Assembly (NCBI RefSeq): GCF_964204645.1
Contig: NC_134031.1
Coordinates: 11,658,088-11,722,087 of the forward strand
DNA from: Tubulanus polymorphus
Taxonomy: Eukaryota; Animalia; Nemertea
DNA length: 64,000 nucleotides
Reading direction: 5' to 3'
Shown: piece by piece, positions 63,987-64,000 of the stretch
Layout of the letters: every line of letters begins with the position of its first letter
Position numbering within the stretch: position 1 is the first letter of the stretch
Notes under the pieces: generated by a model
Database searches by the model: none
What the model was told of the DNA's origin: nothing
What the model saw: the letters and a program-made list of their open reading frames with translations, nothing else
Made by a program: the position numbers and the translations under genes

Positions 63987-64000
63987 AATTTTAATTTTAA

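Larger units (their letters stand above)
51150..64000 (+). mobile_element. Polinton copy P4 with a divergent replication module; continues beyond the window
   Basis: pPolB, then penton, small membrane proteins and major capsid in the same order as P2, on the opposite strand. Confidence 0.9.

Noticed and set aside
21900-63990. TTTTTNT poxvirus early terminators between genes
   Set aside because: Too frequent by chance at this AT content to claim without a statistical test.
7831-64000. Bacteriophage/prophage or free viral contig
   Set aside because: Spliceosomal introns, Gypsy and LINE insertions with TSDs, and widespread pseudogenisation indicate integration in a eukaryotic chromosome.

Overview
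AT-rich eukaryotic (probably invertebrate animal) genomic DNA, almost entirely nested mobile elements. It holds four copies of a Polinton/Maverick (adintovirus-like) endogenous virus family. P1 (7831-13716) is truncated. P3 (13717-49621) is split by a Gypsy LTR retrotransposon (18063-47768, 4-bp TSD). P2 (20319-41925) is complete, with TIRs and a 6-bp TSD; it sits in the Gypsy gag and its pPolB is split by a CR1/L2-group LINE (35757-40660). P4 runs from 51150 to beyond the window end. The main finding is in P4: its protein-primed DNA polymerase B carries a ~355-aa intein with a LAGLIDADG homing endonuclease, inserted exactly in catalytic motif C (YFD|TD), while P1-P3 carry the empty allele (YFDTDSY). 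That polymerase lies in a 6.4-kb module bounded by its own 40-bp inverted repeats. Nearly all Polinton genes start with a poxvirus-late-promoter-like T-run/TAAATG, the termini are long self-complementary hairpins, and P3 carries a giant-virus-type HNH nuclease. Together these suggest, as inference, a virophage-like, giant-virus-associated lifestyle. The first 7.8 kb contain a spliced transposase-like gene, a tandem duplication, a 48-bp satellite and a four-exon orphan gene. Most element ORFs are pseudogenised. No searches were run; family assignments come from motif recognition.
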